Source: Antedon mediterranea
Taxonomy: Eukaryota > Animalia > Echinodermata
Reading direction: 5' to 3'
Length of the DNA: 64,000 nucleotides
Assembly (NCBI RefSeq): GCF_964355755.1
Contig: NC_092676.1
Location: 5,929,888 to 5,993,887 of the forward strand
The notes beneath the pieces are model-generated. The model saw only the letters and a list, made by a program, of their open reading frames with translations. It was not told where the DNA came from and did not search any database. A program made the translations under genes and the position numbers. Positions 1-14,153 of this stretch are shown in pieces. Numbering within the stretch: the first letter of the stretch is position 1; every line of letters begins with the position of its first letter.

Positions 1-67
1 AATCAACGACCGCCATTTTTCCGGCAAACATCCAATTGCCTCCACCGTGGTGTTACCGTTATCCCAG

Positions 68-3000
68 ATGATGGGAAATTTGCAGTTACTGTCCGCTGTT
101 ATTTTTAGCGTTACGTTCTTCGTGTTTGCATTCGCTAAGCCTAAGGTTAAACATAATTAAATGACATTGCTTGCTTTAGGCGTGGTTACTTCATACTTAC
201 TTAAACTGTATTGTTTATAGTGTATTATGTATGTGCAATTAATGACCGTAAGTTTGTATTGTTTGTTTTGTTTATTCTATAGGGCTATGATGTTGAAACC
301 CGTCAAAATGAAGACGGCGTAGTCACCATACCTGCTAACTGTGACCGACAACTGGAAAGCGAAACAGGATGCATTACTTCTCCGAACTGGCCTAGAAAAT
401 CCGTCGACTTTAACGAATGCCAAATCCGAGTAAAGATACCAGACCCGAACAAACGTATTTTATTAACATTCAATAACTTTACTCTAGAAGGAACCACATC
501 TTGTGACGATGGAAATTACGTTGAGGTAAAGAAAAATACCGCAGATAAACACTTCTGCTGGAAACCGATTATCCATGTTGGCGAGTCGGTTACCTACTCT
601 AGCGTAGGTCTTACTCTTTATACAACCAGATTAGCAAATCGGTTACAGAGTCAGTTAACTACCAATCTCTACTGCTATTGCATTGTATACTATCAATATT
701 TAACCTCCAATTATAGCTCTAATTCCCTATTCCCCACTACTGATTCTGGTTTTTCAGATTCGTGACACAAAGACCAACCGACAAAATCGTTATTGCGGAA
801 CATCTTATCCTTTTACCTGGCTAACCGATTCTAATGAGTTGTCGGTCACCATGAATGCTCTCAGCAGTAAAGTCTTCAACCGATTCAATGCTACCTACAT
901 TACTTTAGAAAAGGCACCATCTAATGGTAAATATTGGCCCCTTAAATGTAATGAAACCACTATAATCTAAAATGTAATATAAAGATGATTTTATTTTCCG
1001 TCAAACGACATGCATGACACTAGCTTTAAGCTCACAAGGACACGACGGAAGGACGTAACCTCCCAGCGTATTGATGTACTACAATAAGCGGTGTCGGGAC
1101 GACTAATATACAGGATAGAAATATATATGGCACCGGTTTATTTAACCAAAATCTTAGGCTCTATAAAATTAATTTATTCCACAGGTTGCAGTATTGTACT
1201 TGTAAACGAGATTGGAAGATACAGTAGTTCCACGGAGGTTCACGTTAAAACTCCGTGGTCATGTGAAGCTGTTATACTAGCACACCCTAATGAACGAGTG
1301 TTGGTGTCATTCAAGGACCTTTATATTCCAAATTGTGACCACAAAATTGAGGTAGGAGTGTACTTTTGAATTTCAGAAACGACAGCCTTCTAAACAGACC
1401 GCTTCATTCACAACCCACAGCATAATCAAGTCAAGTCAAGTCAAGTATCATTTATTATCATTTGTTTTAGGAAAAACATAGAAATTCTGTTTGCTCTGTT
1501 GGCGGAGCACAATATCCAACGGACACAACACGAACTCAAAAACAAAAACATTACAAAAAAAAGTGTCTACATCATATTTAAGGCTCTAATAGCTCCTGGA
1601 AAGAAACTATTTGTAAATCGTGCCTTATTGGCCTTAATAGAACGAAATCGCCGACCGCTGCGCATCAACTGGAACATACTAGAGACCGGATGAAATTGAT
1701 CATCTTTGATAGCCACTGCCTTTTTCAGAAGACGATCCGAAAATATGTTCTCCAAAGGCAGTTGTGCAGATCCAATTATACGCGATGCGGTCTTGACTAT
1801 TCTATTTAGGTCACGCTTTTCATTTTCGGTAGCGCTACCGAACCATACCGTTAAAGAATACGTTATTACACTCTCTATAACTGACCTATAGAAGGACGAC
1901 ATTATTTCAGAGTTTATACCAAATATTTAAGTCTACGTAGGAAGTAGATTCTTCTTTGGGCCTTTCTAATAATGTTACGTGTGTTAATATGCCACTTCAG
2001 ATCATTTGAAATATAAATACCCAAGAATTTAAATTCTTCTACAAACTCAACTGATATACCATTAATAAATATTGGATATTTGACATTAAGTGATTTACGG
2101 AAGTCTACAACCATTTCTTTAGTCTTTGATACATTCAAGAACAGATTGTTTTCGTTACACCAGTCTACAACTCGTTTAACTTGGTTGCGATAATTATTTC
2201 CGTTATTTTGTAGATGCGAGATCTTCTGACTGGACGATCTCAAGCTGTCTGCGGAAAACATGCGTTTGTGTCTTGGACGTCTGATTCAAACCAGGTTGCA
2301 ATTACATTTGACCGCTCAGATTCACGAACGTCTGTCCTCTTTGAGTACGAGTTTCTTCTTCGATCCAGAAACGAAAGTATGCACCAACAATATTTTCACC
2401 GCTATGGTTCATGAGAACCGTATTGAACTTTCAACATCCATTCAACATATCCATATATAATTTTATAATTATTTTTCTTCCAGGTTGCAGCCCATTGGTC
2501 GTTGGTCTTCCAGCGGATGGACTCCGCTTAACGTCTCCACTATTTCCGCGTCCGTATCCTAGCAACCTGGATTGTCAAATCATCCTTCATACGGATTTTA
2601 ATCAAGTTATCTCTTTAAATTTCTCTGAATTTACACTCGAACCTGCAACGGAAACAAATAAGATTGACTCTTGTGTGAACGACTACTTACAGGTAAGTAT
2701 TCTCCGTATAAATAACTCATTTTGATACGGATAGCCATATGAATAACCTATTTTGATACGGCTACCCGTATGAATAACCTAGATTTGGGCTTAGCCCTAG
2801 CTAATGTACACCATGTCACGGACATCCTTTAATATTTTTTATATATTGTCTTGATTAGATCCGGGACATTGCTACTGAAAGAATCTCCAGACTCTGCGGC
2901 AGCTACCACAACTTTTCTTGGACGTCACACAGCAACGAGGTTGTCCTTACACTCAGAACCAATCATCTTCTGGATTACATCGGGTATAGCCTAATTGCGA

Positions 3001-6000
3001 AATCACTATTCAGACTTTCAAATCCAGGTAAGAAACATAATTTCAACAGTGTACACAAAGTAGTCGTAGTCTCCATCCATAATGACGTCAATGACCACAT
3101 TTGGAATTCAATTTCTTTCAGATTGCGTAACAATTACTCAAACTGCAGATAATGGATACGTTCTGACGTCATTAAACTACCCGGATGAATACCCAATGGA
3201 CGCTTCTTGTACGGTGTTCTTTCAAGAATATCCGAACAGATACATCATATTTGACTTTGAAGATTTCGATGTAGAAGATTCCGAGGACTGCACAAATGAT
3301 TATCTGGAGGTAAGTTACATACTTACTTATTATAGGCAATTTCATAGGCTTATACCATTTCATTTTTGTGAAAACATAAATACATAATAATAATAAATTA
3401 CTTTGTTTATTCCAGTTAACAAGTTCAACATCAGGACCACTGTGTGCTAGACTTTGTGGAAAGAAAGAACCATTCTCTGTTACATCCGATTCTAATGAGG
3501 TTTCGATAACGTTTAAGACAAACTCCAATTTCCAAAAATCTGGTTTCAAAGCTTACTGTTCGATCGTCAACCGCCCGCCAAGAACTCTTGAAAACACTGG
3601 TAATTTTGTTATTTGAATTTAGTTCCAAATTTCGTCAGCTTGTAAAAAACGCGATTTGCCACCGATTATTATTATTTCAAACTTAGACTAATGTAGATGA
3701 ATAATTATTTTCTTTACAGAATGCAGCACTATGCTTCGTGAAAAATCGGGACGAATTCAGCTCCCGACAAATCCCGATTGGCCACCGATTCGAGGTTCGG
3801 ATTGTCTAATCGTCATTCACGCAGAGCCAAACGAGAGGATCCGACTAAATTTTATCGACTTCGTAGTCTCGGATTTGGATTCAGACCGGGACTTCGTGGA
3901 GGTAATTATGAAAGGCTAGGAAGGAAATCCGACCGTTGAGGCCTAGTGTTGATGTCTAGGCATATTTTCTACAAACAATTACATAATGTATATTCATATT
4001 TGTTATTTATTTACAGCTGTACGACATTTCGTTATCGGGTAAAACTAACAAGGCTACCTACTCTGGTCATTTGCATCCGTTTTCGTGGACGAGTTTCCGA
4101 AATGAGCTGGTGATATACGTACGTGATGAAAACGAAATATCCTCTGTATCCTTCATTGCAGATTATGAAATTTTACCAAGATCCGAAGATGGTAATGTAC
4201 ATATTCATACATAATATAATGCTAGAATATCGTATTATATGCAATACGTAGAGATTCCATCCGCATCTCTTACATTAAGCTATTATAATGCTTAAATTGT
4301 GTTTACTTCAAATAGGTTGTGAACTACTGTTTACGAATCCAACTGGTATAATATCTTGGCCATTTGATGGTGAAAGCAAAGCCGAACACTGTACCGTAAT
4401 TATCCGAACGGATCCCGATAAACGAGTGCTCATAACGTTTAAAACCGTCAGAATGGACATGGCTGACTGTTCCCAGCATTCTATGACCGTAAGTAGGCCT
4501 ACAAACCACACTTGACCTGACACGTATTGAATCATACACATTTAGGTGTAACAATAATTGCATTTTCTTCTTAGATTAAAGATACAACGACCAAACGCCA
4601 AAGCCAGTATTGCTCGACACTTTGGGAATTCTCTTGGCTAAGCGATTCTGACGAAGTTGAAATGGAATTCACTCGTCAACTCACTAACTTTGCCCAAGTA
4701 CAAGCTATGTACGGCGTCATTCCACGAACCAGAATCGCAGGTAGGCCTAGCTAAATACACCTACACGAAGAAACATGAGTGTATTGAAACAACCTTCAAG
4801 ATATCCCTAATAACTGTTTGTTTTACCTTCTCCTCTTAGCTTTCAACCAATTCTTGACTGCTCCCGAAGGCATCATATCCTCTCTTGAACACAATAGAGA
4901 CGAGATAATTGGGAAGAACTGTACGATCTTCATTCAGGTTGAACCAGAGAACAGTGTGGTTGTAACTTTGACAGATTTTCTAATTGGTGACGAACAAGCT
5001 GAAAACACTGCAACAATAACGTGTACGGGCCAACAATTTCTAGAGGTAACATATGACAAAGCTAGCCTATCCGTTTCCAATAACGTTAACCTCGCTCAAT
5101 GCTATTCTATTAAAATACTATTCTGTCTCTTTGTTTGTTTCTTTAGATAAAAGATCTTACAACAGGCAGAACGAACGTCTACTGCGGAGAGTTTGATTTA
5201 TTTACGTGGACGTCGGATTTCAACCTTGTTGCAATTACCTTCCATATCACAACTTATCCTACCTACAACGTCTTCAGGGCCGTTTATAGGTCTCTACAGC
5301 AGATTGAAGGTACGTTGGATCCCAATAGCTACCAGAACTACAGCCGAAAACAATTCATTGCCCAACAGCCTTTTAAAGTAACTTTGACAAAAGTGGACAC
5401 TGAACCCAAACCCGGAGCAACCATTTAATACGATGTTTATCAACTATTTTATTTTGATATATTTCAGGATGTGATAACCGTCTAACCGCACCTACCGGTA
5501 TAATTGAATCTCCACAACCGTACAATCCGAACACAAACTGCCGTAACATCGTGCACTCCGAACCTGGAAACCTAGTCACATTAACCTTCACCAATTTCGA
5601 AGTGCAGCCTTGCGAAACTGATCACGTGAAATTGATTGATTTAGGAACTCTGCGTACAGAAGTCTTCTGTGGATCTTTTGACCTTTTCTCATGGACGTCT
5701 GATACCAATGAAGTATCCGTCTACTTCGTTAGTGGTCCGAAATATATGCGAAACACTGGATTCAAAACCGAATATCGCCATGTTCAGCGACCATTAGTCA
5801 ATGGTACGTTAAACAACTCGGTAATATAATACTATTTATATTTATTTTATGCTCGGTGCTTCCTGGCATTTTCATTTTCTTTTTCTACAGAATGTTATCT
5901 TCGGAAACACGATACAACGGAGCTTGTTACGTTACCAGACTTCACAATAAAAGACGTTCAGAATGCGGAATGTATTATATACGTCTACAATACTCCAGAC

Positions 6001-9000
6001 AACAGGATTCAATTTACCGTTGAAGAGTTTGACGAAGTATTCAATTGTTCAGACAGTGGTATTGAAGTAAGCCTATTATTATTATTGCTAGGGCCAAAGT
6101 CTTGGTTACCACTGAACGCAACACATGAATGTAACCTTGTACGACGCGATGGATCATGTAGTTGCGTAACCCCACTAGTACTGCAATAATACTCTACAAC
6201 TTGTATAATTAAATATCTCTCTTTCTACAGCTAACTGACGTAGCGACCGAAAGGACCAACACTTACTGTACCATTTCTCACTCCTTTTCATGGACAGCAG
6301 ATACAAATGAAATAAAAATCCGTGTATTCGCCAAAAAAGACAAATTACCTCGCATGATTGCCAAATGGAAATCTGTCGCAAGAATCGGAGAACCAGGTAG
6401 GCATAACTGGTTCTAGAAAACATTTAATGGAACTCAAAAGGGTGCAAAATCGGTAATCTTTCCATTTTTTTTTCTAATTTTTATTTTATTTATTTTTTAG
6501 TTATTTCTCTTGAGGATTCTGGACACATTAAGCTCACATCGACATTCCCAACCTACCAATATCTTATTCATGTTGAACCAAATTACCGATTGATTATCAA
6601 CTATTTGCACGAACACGATGCCATACAGCATTGCAACATAGACAGCATCAAGGTAACACTTTACTACGTCGCATGAAACTGATCTCTTCTGTGATACTGT
6701 ATGTGTGCTTTCAAATGAGATCGCTCTTTTTTTATCCACAGATCACCGATTCAACCACACTCCGTTTCTTCCAAGACTGCACGTTCTTTGATGGCATCAT
6801 GTCATGGGTTTCAGACAGTAACGAGGTCATCATTGACGCCAAACAAATTGCTGGACATGACACGGTCTTATACTACACTCGAGTTCTGAAAGCACCCCCG
6901 TCTGGTAAGCATTATTTTTACTGAATATATGCTTAGGAACTCTTGCTACAACCGTAACAATTTGATTTCTTACATTTTTTTTGTTTACCCAGAATGCAAC
7001 AAGGTCATCACATCCGATACGAACTTGGAAACAAATTCTGGATTGGAAACTGCGAACTATCCAGGAATGTATCCCAATGAACTTGTATGCGATATGATTA
7101 TGCAGACGACGTCCGATAACCGTATTCAGGTTGTTTTCAAGAAATTCTGGTTGGAGATACCAAACCATATGGGATGTCACAACGACTATTTAAATGCAAG
7201 TACAAATTGTTTTAATCGGTACAGGTTCAGTAATTTCCTAAATTTATGGTCGAAATGATATTATTTCTTAAATTTCTTATAATTTCTCATTCCATTTTAG
7301 GTTTCGGACACGTCTGTTGGATTTCATTACGATCATTCTGAACGAATCTGTGGCCGCCTTGAACCTATATCTTGGACGTCGGAAGGCAACTCCTTGCTCC
7401 TACGACTTCAGACAGACAAAACAATCGCTCGCACTGGCTACATTGCAACATACACAATCTTGAAACGACCACAACCAGCTCCATGTACGTAAACATTACT
7501 CTTTGCAATATTCTTTCTTTTGAAATCTATATATTGTACTGTTATTTAGTTATTTTCTCTTTCAGATTGTAATAAAACATACCTAGGCCCAAATGGAGTT
7601 ATTTCATCGCCGAATTTTGTTGTAGGGTTACCTCAGTATTCCAACGACTTGCTCTGTTATTACTTTATAAAAGGCAATGTTTTTGAACGAATACTGGTAC
7701 ACTTTGTTATATTTGATGTTGAACTACAAACGCCTTGCCAACCAGATTACGTACAGGTAAATATAGATTTTTTATCCGCCTGAACTGATATTAGGCTTAG
7801 CGCCTGAGCAGATTATAATACTTTGCTTCTTTTTAGATCAAAGATGTGGCAACGAGAAAAACCAATATCATATGTGGTGAACACCCTAATTACATATGGG
7901 AATCGGAAAGCAACGAAGTCAACATAACGTTTATTACAGACGGCAGCCGTACGTTCCGTGGATTTAACGCAACGTATAAAATGGAGCACAAGCAAGGCAT
8001 ATCATGTAAGCTTTTAACGTCTTCGTCACTTCGTTGCCAAAATGGTGTTTTGAAAACACCGCCGTACTTTAATCGTGGCTATAGTAATACTTTTATGTTG
8101 CATAACGGTTATTTTCTATATTTCAGATTGTGATGATGAAACTCTTACGGACACCACCGGAACATTCCACTCACCAGACTTTCCCGCCAAATACCCAAAT
8201 GACTTGGACTGTGTTTACACGATAATCGCCGATCCGGGCCATTTCATTGAAGTGATATTCGAATTCTTTCAACTGGAAACCAGTCCACACTGTACAAATG
8301 ACTACGTTTCGCTCTCCAGTGTTGGCGAAGGAACCAGTCAGCGTTACTGCGACAAACATAACCTTCTGAAGTGGAACTCTACGACCAGCAGTGCAACTGT
8401 TACGCTGCATTCTGATCACGTGATAACGGACAACGGTTTCAAAGCTACATACAAGATCCATCAAGTGTTCCAAGCTGGTAATTTTACTCTTTCTGCTTTT
8501 TTAAACACACTATACATTATTCTTAATGAATGAATAAACTTTATGTTCATATTTTTGTTTTACAGAAACTTGTTCACCTGTACATCTAACAACCTCTAGC
8601 GGCATGATCCAAAGTCCAAATTACCCATCAAACTATGAAAATAATTTGGAATGTACATACAGAATAACAGTGAATCCATCCAGAGTTATACGAATTGAAT
8701 TTATCGAATTTGAGATTGAAGAGCCACAATCCGGATTTTGTGCAGATTACCTGCAGGTAAATACATCACACACTTAGTCTCTAAATAATGAACATAGGCC
8801 TGACTCGACTCTTCAACTCGGCAAAGTCGGCCGTAAATGTTTGACCATCTTTAGGCCCCATCGTCCATGGTCCCGACTATCTTTACCTTACCAATACTAA
8901 TTGAGTAACCTTCAACTAATTTTTAGATACCCTACGCAACTCAAAATCTGAAGCTATGCGGAAATTTGGAAAAGAATGTCTACATCACGGACAGCAATGA

Positions 9001-9939
9001 TGTTCTGCTTACACTAATAACGGACGGTAGTAACACACTCAAAGGATTCAAGGCAATGTACACATCTGTGGAAAACACCCCAGTAGTCACAGGTAAACAA
9101 TTCCTTCTTTCATCATATTTTCAGTCCGATTCGGACCATACTAGTCATCTCGTCTTCATACTGATTCCGTCCACTTCGAACCACATACCATGCCGCATCG
9201 GCTGAGATCAACCATATGCCTACATTTCACTTACACTTTCCTAAACAAACTTAAGCCTACATTGTAATACGGGTATTTTTATTTCTAGTTGCCCCAACAC
9301 CGTTACCGTTCTGTAGTGTGGAGACTAGCCGATTGACGGGCAGCTACGACATCATACACAGCTTAAACTTCCCAGCCTACTACCCAAATAATGTAAAATG
9401 CAGAACTATCATCGAGACCAAGAAAAACACCCGTATTATCATTACAATTCGGTTTATGGATATCGAGAACTACAAACTTTGTGATTGGGATTACTTACAG
9501 GTAAGCCTGCGTACTAATTGTTCTAGATTCAGGGCCTACTGTCTACCGTTACCGTGCAGGATTTACGCGTTGTTTCAGTTTTGCCCCAACAGAAAGATGG
9601 TAATAATATAGAGGTCACCGCAGAGGTTACTAATCTACCATCGTTGTTCTGCTAACAATTACTTGTCTGTATATTTATTTGATCTATTTTTTTCCCCAGA
9701 TATTTGATGACGTTTCCGGTCGTAGCACGGAGAAGCTTTGTGGTTCACTCGATGCTCCTTTCGTCTGGGAATCCGACGGCAATCTGGTGACGATGATATT
9801 CAAGAGTGATGACATTCTGGCCAGAACTGGCTATTACGGCACCTACCAGTCGGTAGAAATCGTGGCACCTACTCCGTTTAAAAAGCCAGGTTCAAAACCA
9901 AAGCCTGACAAAAACTCGTATATAGGTTTCGGCAGATAA
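68..9939 (+). CDS. Secreted multi-CUB-domain protein (cubilin-like; ~15 CUB domains, ~29 exons, roughly 1,800 aa), copy 1
   Basis: Exon 1 (68..145) encodes MMGNLQLLSAVIFSVTFFVFAFAKPK, a signal peptide. Half-CUB exons then alternate through phase-0/phase-1 introns (283..525, 758..926, 1185..1351, 2214..2376, 2484..2692 ... 9289..9500, 9700..9939). Motifs include GxIxSPNYPxxYPNNxxC, FxxFxLE, CxxDYL, CG and WxSxSNxVxxxFxSD. Stop TAA follows ...NSYIGFGR. No TM, EGF or protease domain seen. Confidence 0.85.
1427..2190 (-). mobile_element. 5'-truncated non-LTR retrotransposon (Rex1/Babar-like RT C-terminal part) in a CUB intron
   Basis: Minus-strand ORFs LNVSKTKEMVVDFRK...FKFLGIYISNDLKW...KAQRRIYFLRRLK and FYRSVIES...FFPGAIRALN, separated by a frameshift. 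(CTTGA)n tail at 1427..1446. Confidence 0.8.
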
Positions 9940-10499
9940 GTTGTTGTAGTACACCACTGAGGCAAATAATAATAAAAAATTATTTAATGAATTGAATAGT
10001 TTGGTATGTCTTTTTTTTCACAATTCTCGATTTGGTTGGATTCCCAATTTGACGCAACGCAAGTTATTGACCACATTCTTACATCTATCGCAAATATTAG
10101 TTTTAGACAATTTCCAAATATGTAATCTTTTAGTACAAACAAGTATGCGATGTAAAAGTTTAAAATCAAATTGCGCAACTTTTACCATATGTTTTTCATA
10201 TTTTGTCCCATACCATAGTCTTATTTAAAAACTCTGATTTTACTTGGGAGAATGGCACGGTCTTTAATTCAATTATCAACTTTCTCTATTCTTGGTTGTG
10301 CCAATACTTCCTTCCATTCAACAGGAATAGCATTTATGAGCTTGAAGTATTCTATTATCCTATTATGCTTTACTAATAACGTGGGAATTAAATCTAAGAC
10401 TTACAATTGTGTTATTGACCAAAATGTCATCAATTGTTTTATAGCCAAGCCAGACTTTCTTTCTTTCTTTCTTTCTTTATTTACCCATAAATATAAATT

Positions 10500-11062
10500 A
10501 TAAACATTGTAATAATATACAAATAATAATAATTATATCAAGGGAAGGGCTAAAAAAAATAGTTCTAATCAAGTTCAGCCCCTAAACATTGAAGTATAAA
10601 TAGTTATATAAATAAATTAGGGCTACTTGTCTAAAATAAAATTAATATACATAAACATTTTTTTTTTTTTAATACACTTTCTCTCAAATATATACAATAT
10701 AATTCTCTTATAAAATAAATAAATATCACTATACAAACAAATAGTATGTTTTCATTTCTTTTTTGAATTTGCTTTTTGTTAGAAACCTTAAATCATCCGG
10801 GATTTCATTCCAGAGCTTTGCACCAGAATACTTGATGGAATGTTGTCCTATGTTTGTTCTATATTTTGGTACATACAACTTTTCTCTAGTCTGAGACCTT
10901 GATGAATAACGAAAATTAATATACAAAAAATATTTGGGAGTTGTATCTGGAAATTTACCATGTAAACTATCATGAACAAATAAAGTAATTAAATACTGAT
11001 GCTGCTGATAAATATTTAAAATTTTAAGTTCTTTGAATAATAATGATGTTGGTGCTAGTCTA
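10500..11062 (-). mobile_element. 3' fragment of an L2/CR1-group LINE
   Basis: ORF2 C-terminal motif ...RTNIGQHSIKYSGAKLWNEIP...SKFKKEMKTY followed by an AT-rich 3' UTR. Confidence 0.65.
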
Positions 11063-11569
11063 AGAAATCAGAAGAGTTTACAATATCATTTACATAAATA
11101 ATGTAAATAAATGTATACGTTTATTTTCCCACAAGGTTTCGGATTTAATTTCCTGTACATTTTGAGGATTGATTATAAAATGGTTTTAAAGGGTGCATGT
11201 ATAAAGTAAAGGTTGCGTTACACAAGGAATTTCTGAAAAGAGGTAAGTAGGCCTATAAAGTCCAGTACGGTACTATACAACTGGGAATGGAATAGTACTA
11301 TACATTTAAATATTACAGAAGACTAACAAGTAAATTGAACAACTTATATTTTGGTTTGATTTATGTCATTTATTTATAAATACAAATATGTAAAATACAA
11401 AATAAACGTTTAAAGAGAACCTAACTGGAAGATATATCTTTGTCTGGCGTTGGTTCCTAGAAAGAAAAAAAGACACAATACCAAACACAAGACAAAAACA
11501 GTGTTCTTCACTTAATGTATGTTCCCATAATGAACATGACGATTTTGTGCGTATCACTACCATATTTGG

Positions 11570-14085
11570 GCATAATTACAGTACAACTGAAAACCGGGAT
11601 CCTGCATAAAAAAGCTGTAGCTTCGTTTTTTTTGTAGAACTCTTTTACATAAGAACAAGTATATAGAACTAAAATAAAACAAAGGTGTTGTTAATCAGCA
11701 TATAGTGATAACAAGTATTTTTTGACCTGTTTTTTTATACATTTATTTTGTTTCTTTAAAATAACCGGTTTATTACCACGATTACAAGCGAATTCTTTCC
11801 ACAATTTTGGTCCATATATGTGTATAAACTGTTGACTGCAAGTTAGTCTAGTGAAGGGAATTTCGAATTCAGTTTCTGTTCTGAGGTTATGAGTAGGCCT
11901 AATACTGTCACAGTAATTAAAACTATTTAAAATGTGATGTGGTAATTCATTGAATTTTACGTTTGCCATAAATCCTATGACGTTTACTTTGTAAATATCA
12001 TAAACGTTTAATATTTTTAGTTTCTTAAACAGTGGCTGTGAGGCTTGTCTGGGTTTAGAGACGGTGATGCATTTTACAACTCTCTTTTGGAGTTTTAGTA
12101 TTGCTTCTAACGTGCTCTTGTATGTATTTCCCCATATTAAGTTACCATACTGAAGATGAGGTAATACTAAGGTGTTATAAAGACTAATACGGACTTTATG
12201 AGGAAAGAATTCTCTTACTTTTAAAAGTATACCAGTTTCCCTAGACATTTTTTCCCAATAAACTGTATGTAATGTTTCCAGTTAAGATTTTCGTTTAAAA
12301 TTACATTTAGAAATGTCACATTTTCTTTTCTATGTTATAATACATTATTCATTTTTATTTCAAACTGGTTTTTGTCAAAGTACTTTTGGTTAGTTCTAAA
12401 AACAACGTAATTAGTTTTGCTGACATTCAGTAACAGCTTATTTGCTTTAAGCCATACGTTTATTTTTTCTAGTTCAATATTCATAGTATGGTTTAACATT
12501 GTAGGGTCATCTCCCCTTGTTATACAAGTTGTGCCGTCGGCAAAACTAATTATATCTATTTTACTACTTGCTCGACTTATATCATTGATGTAAATCAAAA
12601 ACAAAAGTGGTCCTAAAACAGCCCTGTGGCACCCCTATATTGGTGTCTTTTCAACATGATGATCTACCATTGGCATAAACATATTGTTTGCGGCCACTTA
12701 AATAGTTTCTAACCCACATTAATACGATGCCTCTTATACCATAATGCGCCAATTTGCTCAACAGAATACTGTGATCGATAATGTCAAACGCTTTTGACAA
12801 ATCCATAAAGGTAGTAAGTGCATATTCCTTTTTTTCAAATGCATTTAATATTCTATGGACCAAGTCGATCATAGCAGGGGAAGTTGAGTGTTTATTTCTA
12901 AATCCATATTGATTGTTGCTTAACACTTTAAATTTTGTAAGATAATTGTATAATTGATTATGGATAATCTTTTCAAAGACTTTCGAAAAAATGAGCAACA
13001 GCGATATGGGACGATAGTTTGAGGCCTAAAATGGCGGTCCTCTTTTTTATGTATAGGAACTACTTTGGAAATTTTTAACTTCCCTGGTATCGGTCCAGTT
13101 TGAAGTGAAAAATTAAAAGTATATGTCAGCTGCTTTAAAATATTGTATTTTACTTCCTTTACAACTTTTGCTGAAATGTCATCAAATCTGGGGGCTTTGT
13201 TTGAATCGAGAGATAACTTTTAGTACATCCTTCTCATCAACATAGTAAAAAAACATTGAGTTGCGTTGTTTGTTTGTGAGGTATTCAGAATATTTTGTCG
13301 TAGTAGACTCAATATTGTCTCGAACCTTACAACCTACATTAATAAAATAATCATTAATGTGATTTACAACATTTTCGCAGCCATGTATAGTTTCATTGTT
13401 ATGTGTAAAAGAAGATGGAACTTTAGTTTTTCCTTTATTCGGATCAATTACATCATTTATAACATTCCATGTTTTTTTAATATTACCATTTGTTCGGTTG
13501 AAAAGATTTTCATAATACATCTTTTTGGCGATTTTGTACGTGCGTGCAAAAGCTGTTTTAAATTCTTTATACGCATTTTGACAGTAGGGTGTTTTATGAA
13601 CCTTTTAAACAGTACATGCTTTATTTACTAGAACTTAGTAACCCAGAACTCATCCGGGGCTGCTTGAATTTGTCGTACTGTTTTGATGACTTTACCGTTT
13701 TTTAAAGGTGTTTGTTATATAGAAACTTAAAATTATCCAGAAAATCATTATAAGCGATTTCTGGATCAATCGCTTCATATACTCCAAGCCACTCTGCACT
13801 TAACAAATCATTATTTAGTTTCATAATATTTCTATTGTTAACTATATACGTGTCACATGAGACTGAGGTGCCTTTATTCATGTGCAGAGTGAGTTATTTG
13901 ATATACTGGTAAATGGTCGGAAATGTCCGAGATTAGTATACCAGATAGAACTTTTTCGGAAATTGTATTTGAAAATATGTTGTCAATTAGTGTTACTGAC
14001 TGATCTTGTATTCTAGTTGGTCTAGATATAGATGGATAAAACGAGTGAGACACCATTATTTCAATAAAATCATTTACATCACTGA
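11570..14085 (-). mobile_element. Degenerate L2/CR1-group (Crack/Daphne-like) LINE ORF2, 5'-truncated within the endonuclease
   Basis: APE end (PTRI...LIDNIF...SDHLP), RT motifs QYGFR, DLSKAFD, LFLIYIND and FADG (mutated xADD), and C-terminal GPKLW. Several frameshifts. It interrupts a MITE that is continuous in the paralogous region (~31130..31195). Confidence 0.85.
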
Positions 14086-14153
14086 ATGTGTGTGATAGTG
14101 TAGACAGAGCTTAAGAGTGTATACTGATCATAAATAGTATTGGGTGATACTAC

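Noticed and set aside
2214-2261. Apparent N-terminus of LINE ORF 1914..2261 overlapping a CUB exon
   Set aside because: The first ~20 residues are antisense read-through of host exon and acceptor, not LINE sequence.
303-8473. Minus-strand ORFs over CUB exons (e.g. 3172..3549, 6830..7180, 8171..8473)
   Set aside because: Antisense shadows of real exons with no recognisable motifs.
11570-14085. Reverse transcriptase as a retron/DGR-like or domesticated system
   Set aside because: Standard APE-RT LINE ORF2 with frameshifts and a mutated catalytic motif.
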